Assembly (NCBI GenBank): GCA_964399875.1
Contig: CAYNRQ010000003.1
Span: forward strand, 1 to 36,623
Length of the DNA: 36,623 nucleotides
Direction of reading: 5' to 3'
From: an uncultured archaeon
GTDB taxonomy: Archaea; Aenigmatarchaeota; Aenigmatarchaeia; QMZP01
The stretch's first letter is position 1; each line of letters opens with the position of its first letter. The position numbers and the translations under genes were made by a program. The notes beneath the pieces were generated by a model. It was not told where the DNA came from and made no database searches. It saw only the letters and a program-made list of their open reading frames with translations. Below are positions 1 through 7,973 of this stretch, one piece after another.

Positions 1-56
1 GTTAAGATATACATACGGGCAACAGGCAACGGTTCAGTTATATGGTGGGTGAATAA

Positions 57-1367
57 TTAAACACGCTCACTTATGTGTTCAACCAGACCCTTTTCTTTGA
101 ATCTATTAATGTATTCATAAACCTCGTCATAAGGGAGGGCGTGCTTGATAGCTATATCCAGTATTGATGTCTTTCCATCAAAATATCGTGGTAAGCAATC
201 CATAAGATAGTTCCATTTTTTCTGATTTTTGGGTGTTTTTTGTTTGATGGAAGGGTCAGTCCCTGGCCTTATATATAGATTGTATTTAGGGTTGCTTAGG
301 GCTAAAAGGCCATCAAATCTTCTTTTAACAAAACAATTTGTTTCCAGGATGTTTAAGATTCCTAAAACAGCCTCTACAGCCTCTTCTAATCTTTTTTCAG
401 ATATTATATCCTCATTGTCTTTATCTGTATGATATTCCGGGTAAGGCCATCTTGATAAAGAGATTGTTGGTATCTCGAATCCTGGAGCTTCCCATACTGT
501 CTCATCATTACCCACTATTTTCCTGAACTTATCACAGAAAAAATTTGGGTGTTTTATAGAAAGATAGTTACAGGCTGCCTTATCCAGAAGGCTTTCTCCT
601 GTAAAAGAGAGCTGTAAAGCAAACCTGTTATCATTACCCAGCATTTCCAAAAATATGCAGAATTTAAGGTTTTTTGCCTCTTTTTTAGGTAAATTCGCAA
701 GATAAAAAACAGTGCCCAGGTGTTCTGGTGCTATTATCAAGCGATAACTGTATTTTGTTTTTCTTTTAGACAATCTTTTCATTAATTCGATACCGACAAC
801 AACACCTGATATATCATCATTAGCTTGTCCTGCATGACAGTTATGCGCATTAAGAATAATTGTTTCATCTTTTTTACCTTGAACAAAATAATCTAAAACC
901 TTCATTTTTCCATTCTCATGAGATGTCTGCAGGTTTATATCATATTCACCATCCTTCATTTTTTTATACATATTATAGGGTATGCAAAACCCCCAGTTTT
1001 TTTGATGGGGTTTATAATACAGATCACAATGGTAAACTATATCATTGGGCCTGTCTTTTTTATAAAAAAGATGTTTCTTCAGTTCAGTAAGTTTTACCTT
1101 TCCTTTGAATGATTGCGAATATCCAATCACGCCAAGGGGGTGGTTTTTGCCATTATAGATTAATTCACCATTCTTTCTAATCTCTGCTTTTTTTACTTCC
1201 CATTTTTGTGGAACAATCCAACCATTGTGCTCTGATAAGGAGGGGTATTGGTGTACAGTGAATGGAAGTTCCTTTTTGAGAATTTCAACTGCTTTATTTA
1301 TTCCTTCTGATACCGGTGCTAACTTCAATTGGTATATGCTTTTAAGTAATTCTATCATCGTTGACAT
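57..1367 (-). CDS. aminopeptidase-like domain protein typical of polysaccharide loci (COG4310/DUF4910-like)
   Basis: Intact 436-aa ORF with ATG at 1365-1367. The NAHNCHAGQANDDISGV and APEHLGT segments resemble the M28-like metal-site core of aminopeptidase-domain proteins found in glycan clusters. Assignment is from memory only. Confidence 0.5.
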   Translation of the reverse strand: MSTMIELLKSIYQLKLAPVSEGINKAVEILKKELPFTVHQYPSLSEHNGWIVPQKWEVKKAEIRKNGELIYNGKNHPLGVIGYSQSFKGKVKLTELKKHLFYKKDRPNDIVYHCDLYYKPHQKNWGFCIPYNMYKKMKDGEYDINLQTSHENGKMKVLDYFVQGKKDETIILNAHNCHAGQANDDISGVVVGIELMKRLSKRKTKYSYRLIIAPEHLGTVFYLANLPKKEAKNLKFCIFLEMLGNDNRFALQLSFTGESLLDKAACNYLSIKHPNFFCDKFRKIVGNDETVWEAPGFEIPTISLSRWPYPEYHTDKDNEDIISEKRLEEAVEAVLGILNILETNCFVKRRFDGLLALSNPKYNLYIRPGTDPSIKQKTPKNQKKWNYLMDCLPRYFDGKTSILDIAIKHALPYDEVYEYINRFKEKGLVEHISERV

Positions 1368-1371
1368 ATTA

Positions 1372-1958
1372 TCAACCTTTTGTTAATATGTTTTTATAAC
1401 AAATAAAAACGTTTTCTATTAGAATAGTTGCAGTTATGGGGCCAACGCCACCAAGTACTGGTGTTAAAATGTCTTTTTTCTAACATTCTCGAAGTCTACA
1501 TCACCGCAGATTTTTCCCTTCATCCTATTTATGCCAACATCTATTACAACGGCCCCATCCTTTATCATATTGCTTTTTATAAGTTTGAGTATATCTGCTG
1601 CAACTATTACTATATCTACTTTTTCTGTGTGTTGTTTTAGATTTTTTGTTTTGACATGGCAGACATCAACAGCGGAATCTCTATTTAGCATCATTAAAGA
1701 AAGTAGCTTCCCTACGATATCACTGTGATTAACAATGACTGTGTTTTTTCCATTAATGGTTACTCCTAAAGAAACCATCTACATCTTTTTCCGGAGATAT
1801 TGCATTCATTATATTAATCTTGTTCAAATTTTTTGGTAATGGAAACTGAATCAGTATGCCATGCACTGTTTTATCTTCATTAAGTTTTTTATTAAATCCA
1901 AGATATCTGGTTCATTATTTCTAGAAACATAAATAGAAATTGTTTTTGCATTTTTGAA
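1372..1958 (-). pseudogene. folD: folD remnant (methylene-THF dehydrogenase/methenyl-THF cyclohydrolase), truncated and disrupted
   Basis: Hand translation of the minus strand gives [41 protein letters not shown]...[11 protein letters not shown] frame change near 1778 follows, then [22 protein letters not shown]...VVIDVGIN...GDVDFENV. An in-frame TAA sits at 1461-1463, followed by TPVLGGVGPITATILIENV. The first ~55-60 residues and the ~28-aa PCTP segment of a normal FolD are missing. Confidence 0.8.
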
Positions 1959-1959
1959 C

Positions 1960-3600
1960 TTATCTCTTTTCGTATAAGTTTTTTTTATTTTTCTTTTCAA
2001 AATCATTTTTTAAAATTCCCAGGTTTATTCTATCCACATATTTGCCATTACACAAATACTGCTTTCTGCTGATACCCTCTTCTTTAAACCCATTTTTTTT
2101 AAATGCTTTTATGGATGCTATGTTTTCAGAATAAACTCCTGCCATCAATTTATGAATATTCAACTTATTGAATGCATAGTCAACTATAAGACCTATAGCT
2201 TCGGTCGCTATACCCCTTCCCCAAAAAGATTTGTTTCCTATAAGCAGACCAATATCTGCAAACTTATGTATTTTATTTATTGGGCCGATTTTTATGTTGC
2301 CTATATGCTTGTTTTCTCTTTTAGATATTATAGCAAAAATTATTTCATCACCCTTTTTCTCTTTATCCTGAACATATTTCTTTAGGCTTTCTATAGTATG
2401 GTGGGTGAATCTACTCTCTAGGTATTTCATAATCTTAGGGTCATTCATCCACTTGCAATAATCATCTGTAACGTCTGCAACTCTCATTTTTTTGAGGAAT
2501 ATGTTTTTGCCTTCAATGTTTATTTCATTTTTTGTATTACTTAAAGATGTATTTGATTCCTGTGGGCTTGATTTTGAATCGGTTTTAGTGATGGTGTCTC
2601 CCTTTAGTCCTTTTGATGTATAAACAGCCCTGAATAGCATGGATTCTTCAATGTGTTTTTGTGGTGTATAAAACCTATCACCTAACTTTATGTCTCCCAT
2701 TGCACTGGAACTATCTTCGTAGATTATCTCTTTTACTATGAGTGTGCCATTCCTTGTTGCTACAAAAAGAGCATCCTTGCTTTTCCTGTAAACAAGGCCT
2801 GATTGGAAAGGGTGGAAAGGCCCATCACTGAACTCTGTATAAACCTTTTTTAGGAATACACGTTTTCCATTGATGAAGGTTGATGCTCCTGGATATGGGT
2901 CATCAAATGCGCATATAAACAATTCTATCTCTTCTGTGTTCATGTTCCAGTTTATAAAACCATGCTTTTTTGTATTTAGTCTTGGGAAATAGATACTGAA
3001 GTATTCCTGCTGGGAAACCGTTTTAAAGTCTTTTCCTTTGATCAGTTCTTCTATGAATTCATTTAGCATAATCATGTCATTCTCGTAAGAAACATCAAAA
3101 TATTCATTTGGTGTGTTACATGTGGGTGGAAAAATAAATTCCCTAAATTTCACTATATCACCTGTATCAATCCCGGGGTCTATTTTATGCAAAAGGCTAT
3201 AACCGCAGCGGTTTTTTCTCATTATCTGCCAACTGTATCCTCCTCCTCCTCTGTATTGAGGGAGTCTGGCACCATGTGAATTTAGAAATTTTCCTTTAAA
3301 CTTCTCTATGAACTCTTTTTTGAATATCCATGCTGCATCAAAAGATAATGCGAATGTTCCTTTTGTAATAAATTTATCAACCCTGTTGTCTTTGTTTATA
3401 TCATCTGAGCAATAGTATTTTATTCCATTAGATTTTAAAAAATCCTTGAGTTTTACTCTATGTTCGATCTCATCTGATAGATGCCTCTCGCTTGAAAATA
3501 CAACAAATTTGTAACCATTTTCCTTCATCATTTTAGAAAACCCAGCAAGTGTTCTGTTTCCCCCGAAAATAATAAAGTTATCTATTTTTCCGAATTTCAT
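1960..3600 (-). CDS. formyltransferase-like protein (Fmt/ArnA/sugar N-formyltransferase family) fused to a C-terminal GNAT (RimL-like) acetyltransferase domain
   Basis: 546-aa ORF. The N-terminal domain has the formyltransferase motif NSHGARLPQYRGGGGYSWQI. A low-complexity S/T/N linker precedes a C-terminal ~180 aa with a GNAT pattern (IGNIKIG...FWGRGIATEA...AFKKNGF). Its ATG overlaps the stop of the upstream paralogue (ATGA at 3597-3600). Confidence 0.75.
   Translation of the reverse strand: MKFGKIDNFIIFGGNRTLAGFSKMMKENGYKFVVFSSERHLSDEIEHRVKLKDFLKSNGIKYYCSDDINKDNRVDKFITKGTFALSFDAAWIFKKEFIEKFKGKFLNSHGARLPQYRGGGGYSWQIMRKNRCGYSLLHKIDPGIDTGDIVKFREFIFPPTCNTPNEYFDVSYENDMIMLNEFIEELIKGKDFKTVSQQEYFSIYFPRLNTKKHGFINWNMNTEEIELFICAFDDPYPGASTFINGKRVFLKKVYTEFSDGPFHPFQSGLVYRKSKDALFVATRNGTLIVKEIIYEDSSSAMGDIKLGDRFYTPQKHIEESMLFRAVYTSKGLKGDTITKTDSKSSPQESNTSLSNTKNEINIEGKNIFLKKMRVADVTDDYCKWMNDPKIMKYLESRFTHHTIESLKKYVQDKEKKGDEIIFAIISKRENKHIGNIKIGPINKIHKFADIGLLIGNKSFWGRGIATEAIGLIVDYAFNKLNIHKLMAGVYSENIASIKAFKKNGFKEEGISRKQYLCNGKYVDRINLGILKNDFEKKNKKNLYEKR
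2620..2988. repeat. copy A of a 369-bp perfect direct repeat (inside the formyltransferase-GNAT gene)
   Basis: Compared by eye base by base with 3618..3986 at a constant offset of 998 bp; no mismatch seen. Confidence 0.9.
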
Positions 3601-4613
3601 TTTAATCCACCAGCGTCATAAACAGCCCTGAATAGCATGGATTCTTCAATGTGTTTTTGTGGTGTATAAAACCTATCACCTAACTTTATGTCTCCCATTG
3701 CACTGGAACTATCTTCGTAGATTATCTCTTTTACTATGAGTGTGCCATTCCTTGTTGCTACAAAAAGAGCATCCTTGCTTTTCCTGTAAACAAGGCCTGA
3801 TTGGAAAGGGTGGAAAGGCCCATCACTGAACTCTGTATAAACCTTTTTTAGGAATACACGTTTTCCATTGATGAAGGTTGATGCTCCTGGATATGGGTCA
3901 TCAAATGCGCATATAAACAATTCTATCTCTTCTGTGTTCATGTTCCAGTTTATAAAACCATGCTTTTTTGTATTTAGTCTTGGGAAGGTAATTGCAGATT
4001 CTTTATCAAGGTTTATTGATTCAAAATCACTTCCTTTTTTCACCTTACTGATAAATTCCTTTAAAAAAGATAGATCTTCCTCAAACGCAAAATCAAAATA
4101 GTCTTGTGGTATTTTAACACTTTTAGGGAATTTATAATTTTTTGAATATATAACCGGTTTCAAAACAGGATATGTATCCTCTGGTTCATTTATTATCTGT
4201 ATATGACAACCACCGGATTTATTCTTCATCATTATCTGCCATGAATAATGGGCTCCTCCCATGAACTTTGGCATGGGGATGTTGTGGAAATTTACCAGAT
4301 TTCCTTTGAATTTATTTATTGTATCCTTATTGAAAAACCATGCTGGCCCGAAACCAATACCAAGCGTGCCTTTTGTTATGTTCTTTTCTAGATTTTTGTC
4401 TTTATTTATGTTATCTGATGAGAAATATTGGATGTTGGATTCTTCAAGAACATCTTTCAATGTTTTGCCATTCTCTGTAATAGTTTCTGTCATGTGCCTT
4501 TTGCTGCTAAAAACCAAAACTTCGTATTTTTCTTTAATTATCCATTTAGCGAATTCTGCTAATACTCTGCCCCCACCGAATAGGATGATTTTGGTTATAT
4601 TTTCGAATTTCAT
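3597..4613 (-). CDS. formyltransferase-like protein (Fmt/sugar N-formyltransferase family), paralogue of 1960..3600
   Basis: 338-aa ORF with the motif NFHNIPMPKFMGGAHYSWQI. The C-terminal ~123 aa are identical to the internal segment of the neighbouring paralogue. Confidence 0.75.
   Translation of the reverse strand: MKFENITKIILFGGGRVLAEFAKWIIKEKYEVLVFSSKRHMTETITENGKTLKDVLEESNIQYFSSDNINKDKNLEKNITKGTLGIGFGPAWFFNKDTINKFKGNLVNFHNIPMPKFMGGAHYSWQIMMKNKSGGCHIQIINEPEDTYPVLKPVIYSKNYKFPKSVKIPQDYFDFAFEEDLSFLKEFISKVKKGSDFESINLDKESAITFPRLNTKKHGFINWNMNTEEIELFICAFDDPYPGASTFINGKRVFLKKVYTEFSDGPFHPFQSGLVYRKSKDALFVATRNGTLIVKEIIYEDSSSAMGDIKLGDRFYTPQKHIEESMLFRAVYDAGGLK
3618..3986. repeat. copy B of the 369-bp perfect direct repeat (3' part of the formyltransferase gene)
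   Basis: Identical to 2620..2988. It encodes FPRLNTKKHGFINWNM...ESMLFRAVY in both genes. Confidence 0.9.
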
Positions 4614-4756
4614 GGTATCCCACTTCGTATTTTGTTAATTAATATTTAAAAACATACGCTTTGCACTCGGTGCTCAATATGACATGCATCCACCAGTCAC
4701 AGGCAATTGGTTAATAAGACTGCTGGAATTTCAGTTAATACCCTGTTCTCACATAA

Positions 4757-5137
4757 TTAGACAGCTCCTATGTTCCTTCCTAGACTATCGAAGTAATAGG
4801 ACGGATTCCACAAACCCGAACCCCAGAAATACTGTTTTTTGAGCCAGGGGTATTCCTGGAACATTTTCTTAGCAGAGTATCCCTTTAATAACTTCACAAC
4901 CCGGCTAACTCCGCGAATCCCTATGTCCAGAACCATATGGACATGGTCCATATCTATTCCCAATTCCCTGCATTCTATGTTATATTTGTTCATTACTTCC
5001 TTGAGCAGTTGTTCCATGCGCATTTTTATTCTAGGAATACCAAATATTTTATGGCAGTATTTCACCTTGAACGCAGGGTGAATCCAGCAACTGCCGACGC
5101 TGGAGCTATAGCTGACTAAGTTGGCCATACGCTTCAC
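4757..5137 (-). CDS. tnpA: IS200-like Y1 (HuH) transposase, divergent
   Basis: 126-aa ORF with an HuH motif (DHVHMVLD), a C-terminal catalytic-Tyr context (LWNPSYYFDSLG) and the KGYSAKKMFQEYPWLKK helix typical of IS200 TnpA. The N-terminal strand is divergent (WIHPAFKVKYCHKIF). Confidence 0.65.
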   Translation of the reverse strand: MKRMANLVSYSSSVGSCWIHPAFKVKYCHKIFGIPRIKMRMEQLLKEVMNKYNIECRELGIDMDHVHMVLDIGIRGVSRVVKLLKGYSAKKMFQEYPWLKKQYFWGSGLWNPSYYFDSLGRNIGAV

Positions 5138-5191
5138 CTCCTGATATTTTTTATTATTTGATAATTGGTGAAGCTATAATTTGAGTGGAGA

Positions 5192-5213
5192 CCACCAGTG
5201 AACACACTGGTGG
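5192..5213. repeat. perfect hairpin CCACCAGTG-aaca-CACTGGTGG
   Basis: 9-bp perfect stem read directly from the sequence. The stem sequence is related to the other CCACC(A/G)GT hairpins. Confidence 0.8.
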
Positions 5214-5221
5214 ATTAAACA

Positions 5222-5317
5222 TCTCAAACGGTTAATTGATTAGCTCCTTACCACCGGTCACACACAATTGGTTAATAAGACTGGTGGGATGCGGAGCTCC
5301 TGGTTAATTGTTTGAGA
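5222..5317. repeat. ~96-bp composite imperfect palindrome enclosing the 5251..5287 hairpin core; its first 55 bp recur at 36569..36623
   Basis: Outer arms TCTCAAAC (5222-5229) and GTTTGAGA (5310-5317). Middle arms GCTCC (5243-5247) and GGAGC (5293-5297). GGTTAATTG is present in both arms. The inner stem is CCACCGGTC/GACTGGTGG. Confidence 0.75.
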
Positions 5318-5366
5318 GTAATTCCGCATAGTGAGTGGTGACTGTTAGCGATTACCTTGTTTGGAA

Positions 5367-5387
5367 CCACCGGTCAGAGACCAGTGG
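5367..5387. repeat. hairpin CCACCGGTC-aga-GACCAGTGG (one G-A mismatch in the stem)
   Basis: Read directly from the sequence. It belongs to the same stem family as 4690, 5192 and 5251. Confidence 0.7.
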
Positions 5388-5416
5388 AATTCTGATTTAA
5401 ATATATTCTTATTCCC

Positions 5417-6559
5417 TTATGCTTGATTCCTTGATGCTGATCTAACTTCAGAAATAACTTTGTTGACCTGTTCTTTTGTCATTCTTGGGAATATTGGTAT
5501 TGTGATTGTTCTTTTGAAAATATCCTCTGTTACAGGAAAGTCCGAAGATTTTATAGTATATCTTTCTCTGTAGTATGAATGCCTATAAACAGGTGTGTAA
5601 TGCACATTAACACCTATATTTCTAGATCTCATGAGACTGAAAAACTTATCCCTATCCACTCTATCAGGGAGCAAGAGGGTATAAAGATGCCATGCATGTC
5701 TTATGTTTTGTTTTACATCCGGTGTTTTCACATCATCATTCTTGAATTCTTTGCTGTAAGTAGATGCTATATTCTCTCTTAATTTAAGAAAATTTTCAAG
5801 TTTTTTCAATTGGGATATACCAAGTGCACACTGAAAATCAGTGATTCTATAGTTTTTACCTAGCAATTTCATGTCATAAGCATAAAATGCTTTAGAACCA
5901 AACCTCTCTGATGTTGGTTTGTCAATACCATGGTTTCTTAACATGAGGAGTTTTTTGTAAAGGTCCTCATTGTTTGTTGTAACCATCCCCCCTTCTCCTG
6001 TTGTTATATGTTTAACAGGATAAAAGCTAAAGCATGTAAGATCTGCAAAACATCCTACCTTTCTATTTTTGTATTCTGCTCCTAGTGCATGAGCTGCATC
6101 TTCTATAAGGTATAGACCATGTTCCTTTGCTATTCTTTTTATCTCATCTATATCACATGGCTGGCCTGCATAATCCATATATAGTATTGCCTTTGTTTTG
6201 TTTGTTATCTTTTTTTCTATTTCATCTGGGTTAATATTATAGGTATCTGGTTTTATGTCCACAAAAACGGGTTTTAATCCATTAAGTAATATCATGTTTG
6301 AGGTTGCAACAAACGTGAATGGTGTTGTAATAATCTCTGAGTCTTTTTTCAGATCAAGGGATGCTATAGCTATATCAAGTGCGCTTGTCCCAGAACTCAC
6401 AGAAACAGCGTACTTGCAACCGATATATTTAGCAAAAACATCCTCAAATTCCTTTATCTTTGGTCCCGTTGCTATCCATTTTCCTCTTAAGACTTTAATA
6501 ACCTCTTTTATATCTTCATCATCAATCCAGTGCAACCCATATGGTATGTAATCGGACAT
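5417..6559 (-). CDS. DegT/DnrJ/EryC1/StrS-family PLP-dependent sugar aminotransferase
   Basis: 380-aa ORF with family hallmarks: GPKIKEFE, SGTSALDIA, DAAHALGA and the Lys motif FSFYPVKHITTGEGG. Confidence 0.85.
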   Translation of the reverse strand: MSDYIPYGLHWIDDEDIKEVIKVLRGKWIATGPKIKEFEDVFAKYIGCKYAVSVSSGTSALDIAIASLDLKKDSEIITTPFTFVATSNMILLNGLKPVFVDIKPDTYNINPDEIEKKITNKTKAILYMDYAGQPCDIDEIKRIAKEHGLYLIEDAAHALGAEYKNRKVGCFADLTCFSFYPVKHITTGEGGMVTTNNEDLYKKLLMLRNHGIDKPTSERFGSKAFYAYDMKLLGKNYRITDFQCALGISQLKKLENFLKLRENIASTYSKEFKNDDVKTPDVKQNIRHAWHLYTLLLPDRVDRDKFFSLMRSRNIGVNVHYTPVYRHSYYRERYTIKSSDFPVTEDIFKRTITIPIFPRMTKEQVNKVISEVRSASRNQA

Positions 6560-6573
6560 ATAAACCTAATATC

Positions 6574-6936
6574 TCACTCCTTTTCATTAATATTCTCTAT
6601 TATTTTTCTAAATGGTTTATAGTATGTGGCCTTGAATTCCTTGTCCCACCATTCGAGCATAACCGTGTCCTTTTTGGCAATAAATAGATGTGGGATCTTT
6701 GGAGGAATTACTATGTAATCATATTTTTTAAAAACCTTTTTTTCTATCTTGGTTTTTTTTAGCCAAACCTCAAATTCACCTTCCAAAACCAAATCAAACT
6801 GTCTATGTGGGTGAAGATCTCCCCCTCTTCCACACCCTTTTTTTGTTGTCAGCATATTAAATTGTATTCCGTCTCTTAATTTTATTATGTAGATCTCACC
6901 CCTATTGTCTTTATGAACCAATTTTATTTCGTTCAT
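6574..6936 (-). CDS. small cupin protein, possibly a nucleotide-sugar ketoisomerase/epimerase (FdtA/QdtA/RmlC-like)
   Basis: 120-aa ORF. DNRGEIY and GRGGDLHPH segments and its size fit sugar-modifying cupins. It sits between the dehydratase and the aminotransferase. Confidence 0.45.
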   Translation of the reverse strand: MNEIKLVHKDNRGEIYIIKLRDGIQFNMLTTKKGCGRGGDLHPHRQFDLVLEGEFEVWLKKTKIEKKVFKKYDYIVIPPKIPHLFIAKKDTVMLEWWDKEFKATYYKPFRKIIENINEKE

Positions 6937-6955
6937 TTTATTTCCTGACCAAAAA

Positions 6956-7969
6956 TTATAATAGATTTTCTTTTTTGAGCAAATTCTTTAACTCTTCCTT
7001 AGAAATCGGTATTATGTTGGCAGAAGAGTAATTCTTTTGTTCAGCTTCTTTCATAGTGGGGTAATATGATCTATCAACTTCCAACAATACTTCATCTATT
7101 TCAGGTAATATGATAAACATATCTTTTGTTTCCAATGCTCTTTTAGCTTCTTCTGCTGTCATGAGCTCTTCATACATCTTTTCCCCTGGTTTTGCGCCAA
7201 TGGTTTTTAATTCTATTTTATTGCCTCCCATTTCCTCTATCATTGTATTGGCTAAATCAATAGGCCTTGTGACCAGCATTTTGAATACAAATATCTCTCC
7301 ACACTGCGCAATTTCGGTTGCTTTTAATAATAGGTTAACAGCCTGTTGGGTTGACATTATGAATCTTGTCATGCCTTTGTCTGTTATTGTTAGTGGTCCT
7401 CCTTTCTTTATCTGCTTTTTAAACAGGGGTATTATAGATCCTCTAGAGCCTATAACATTACCAAACCGCACACTTGAGAATTGGGTTTTCTTTGAACCCT
7501 TGTAATAATTTGCAGCTGTTATCATCCTTTCTCCAAGGAGCTTTGTTGCTCCCATAACATTGCATGGACTGACAGCTTTGTCACTGCTAGTAAATATAAC
7601 CTTTTCTACCTCTTTTTCCATTGCAACATCAATTATATTTTGTGTACCTATTACATTGGTTTTTACAGCTTCGAATGGGTTATATTCGCATGAAAAAACA
7701 TGTTTTAATGCAGCCATATGGAAAACTATATCTATGCCTTCCATTGCTATAGAAAGTCTTTCCTTATCACAAACATTGCCTAAAAGAAATCTTAGTTTAT
7801 TTTCATGTTCTTTAAGTTCTTCCTGAAGCTCGAACTGTCTTGTTTCATCCAGATCAAGTATTCTTATCACTGAAGGTTCATATTTTAATAGTTCTTTTAT
7901 TGTTATTTCCCCTATTGAACCTGTTCCACCTGTTATCAGTATTTTTTTGTTTTTAAATATGTTCTTCAT
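6956..7969 (-). CDS. CapD/PseB/FlaA1-type NAD(P)-dependent nucleotide-sugar 4,6-dehydratase
   Basis: 337-aa ORF with Rossmann motif ITGGTGSIG, HMAALKHV, and TSSDKAVSPCNVMGATKLLGE (compare the TDKA..P.N.YGATK motif of PseB/FlaA1). Confidence 0.8.
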   Translation of the reverse strand: MKNIFKNKKILITGGTGSIGEITIKELLKYEPSVIRILDLDETRQFELQEELKEHENKLRFLLGNVCDKERLSIAMEGIDIVFHMAALKHVFSCEYNPFEAVKTNVIGTQNIIDVAMEKEVEKVIFTSSDKAVSPCNVMGATKLLGERMITAANYYKGSKKTQFSSVRFGNVIGSRGSIIPLFKKQIKKGGPLTITDKGMTRFIMSTQQAVNLLLKATEIAQCGEIFVFKMLVTRPIDLANTMIEEMGGNKIELKTIGAKPGEKMYEELMTAEEAKRALETKDMFIILPEIDEVLLEVDRSYYPTMKEAEQKNYSSANIIPISKEELKNLLKKENLL

Positions 7970-7973
7970 GAAA

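Larger units (their letters stand above)
4690..5287 (-). mobile_element. putative minimal IS200-like unit: Y1 transposase bracketed by two same-orientation copies of a 37-nt hairpin core
   Basis: The cores are CCACCAGTC-N19-GACTGCTGG (4690..4726) and CCACCGGTC-N19-GACTGGTGG (5251..5287). They share the loop sequence AATTGGTTAATAA and lie on the same strand either side of tnpA, as IS200/IS605 ends do. Exact termini are not determined. Confidence 0.4.

Noticed and set aside
1461-1463. In-frame TAA inside the folD-like reading frame, as possible stop-codon recoding or an alternative genetic code
   Set aside because: The same gene also has an N-terminal truncation, an internal deletion and a frameshift. 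All other genes in the window terminate normally on TAA/TAG/TGA. A pseudogene is the simplest explanation.
2620-3986. The 369-bp repeats considered as ends of a mobile element or a composite transposon
   Set aside because: Both copies are in frame inside homologous genes and encode the same protein subdomain. The interval between them is simply the rest of the paralogue. Gene conversion or tandem duplication explains the pattern.
5192-5387. Cluster of similar short palindromic repeats considered as a possible mini-CRISPR array
   Set aside because: Repeat lengths and loops differ and the spacing is irregular. The units are strongly palindromic with nested arms, and no cas genes are nearby. 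They fit transposon-end or REP-like hairpins better.
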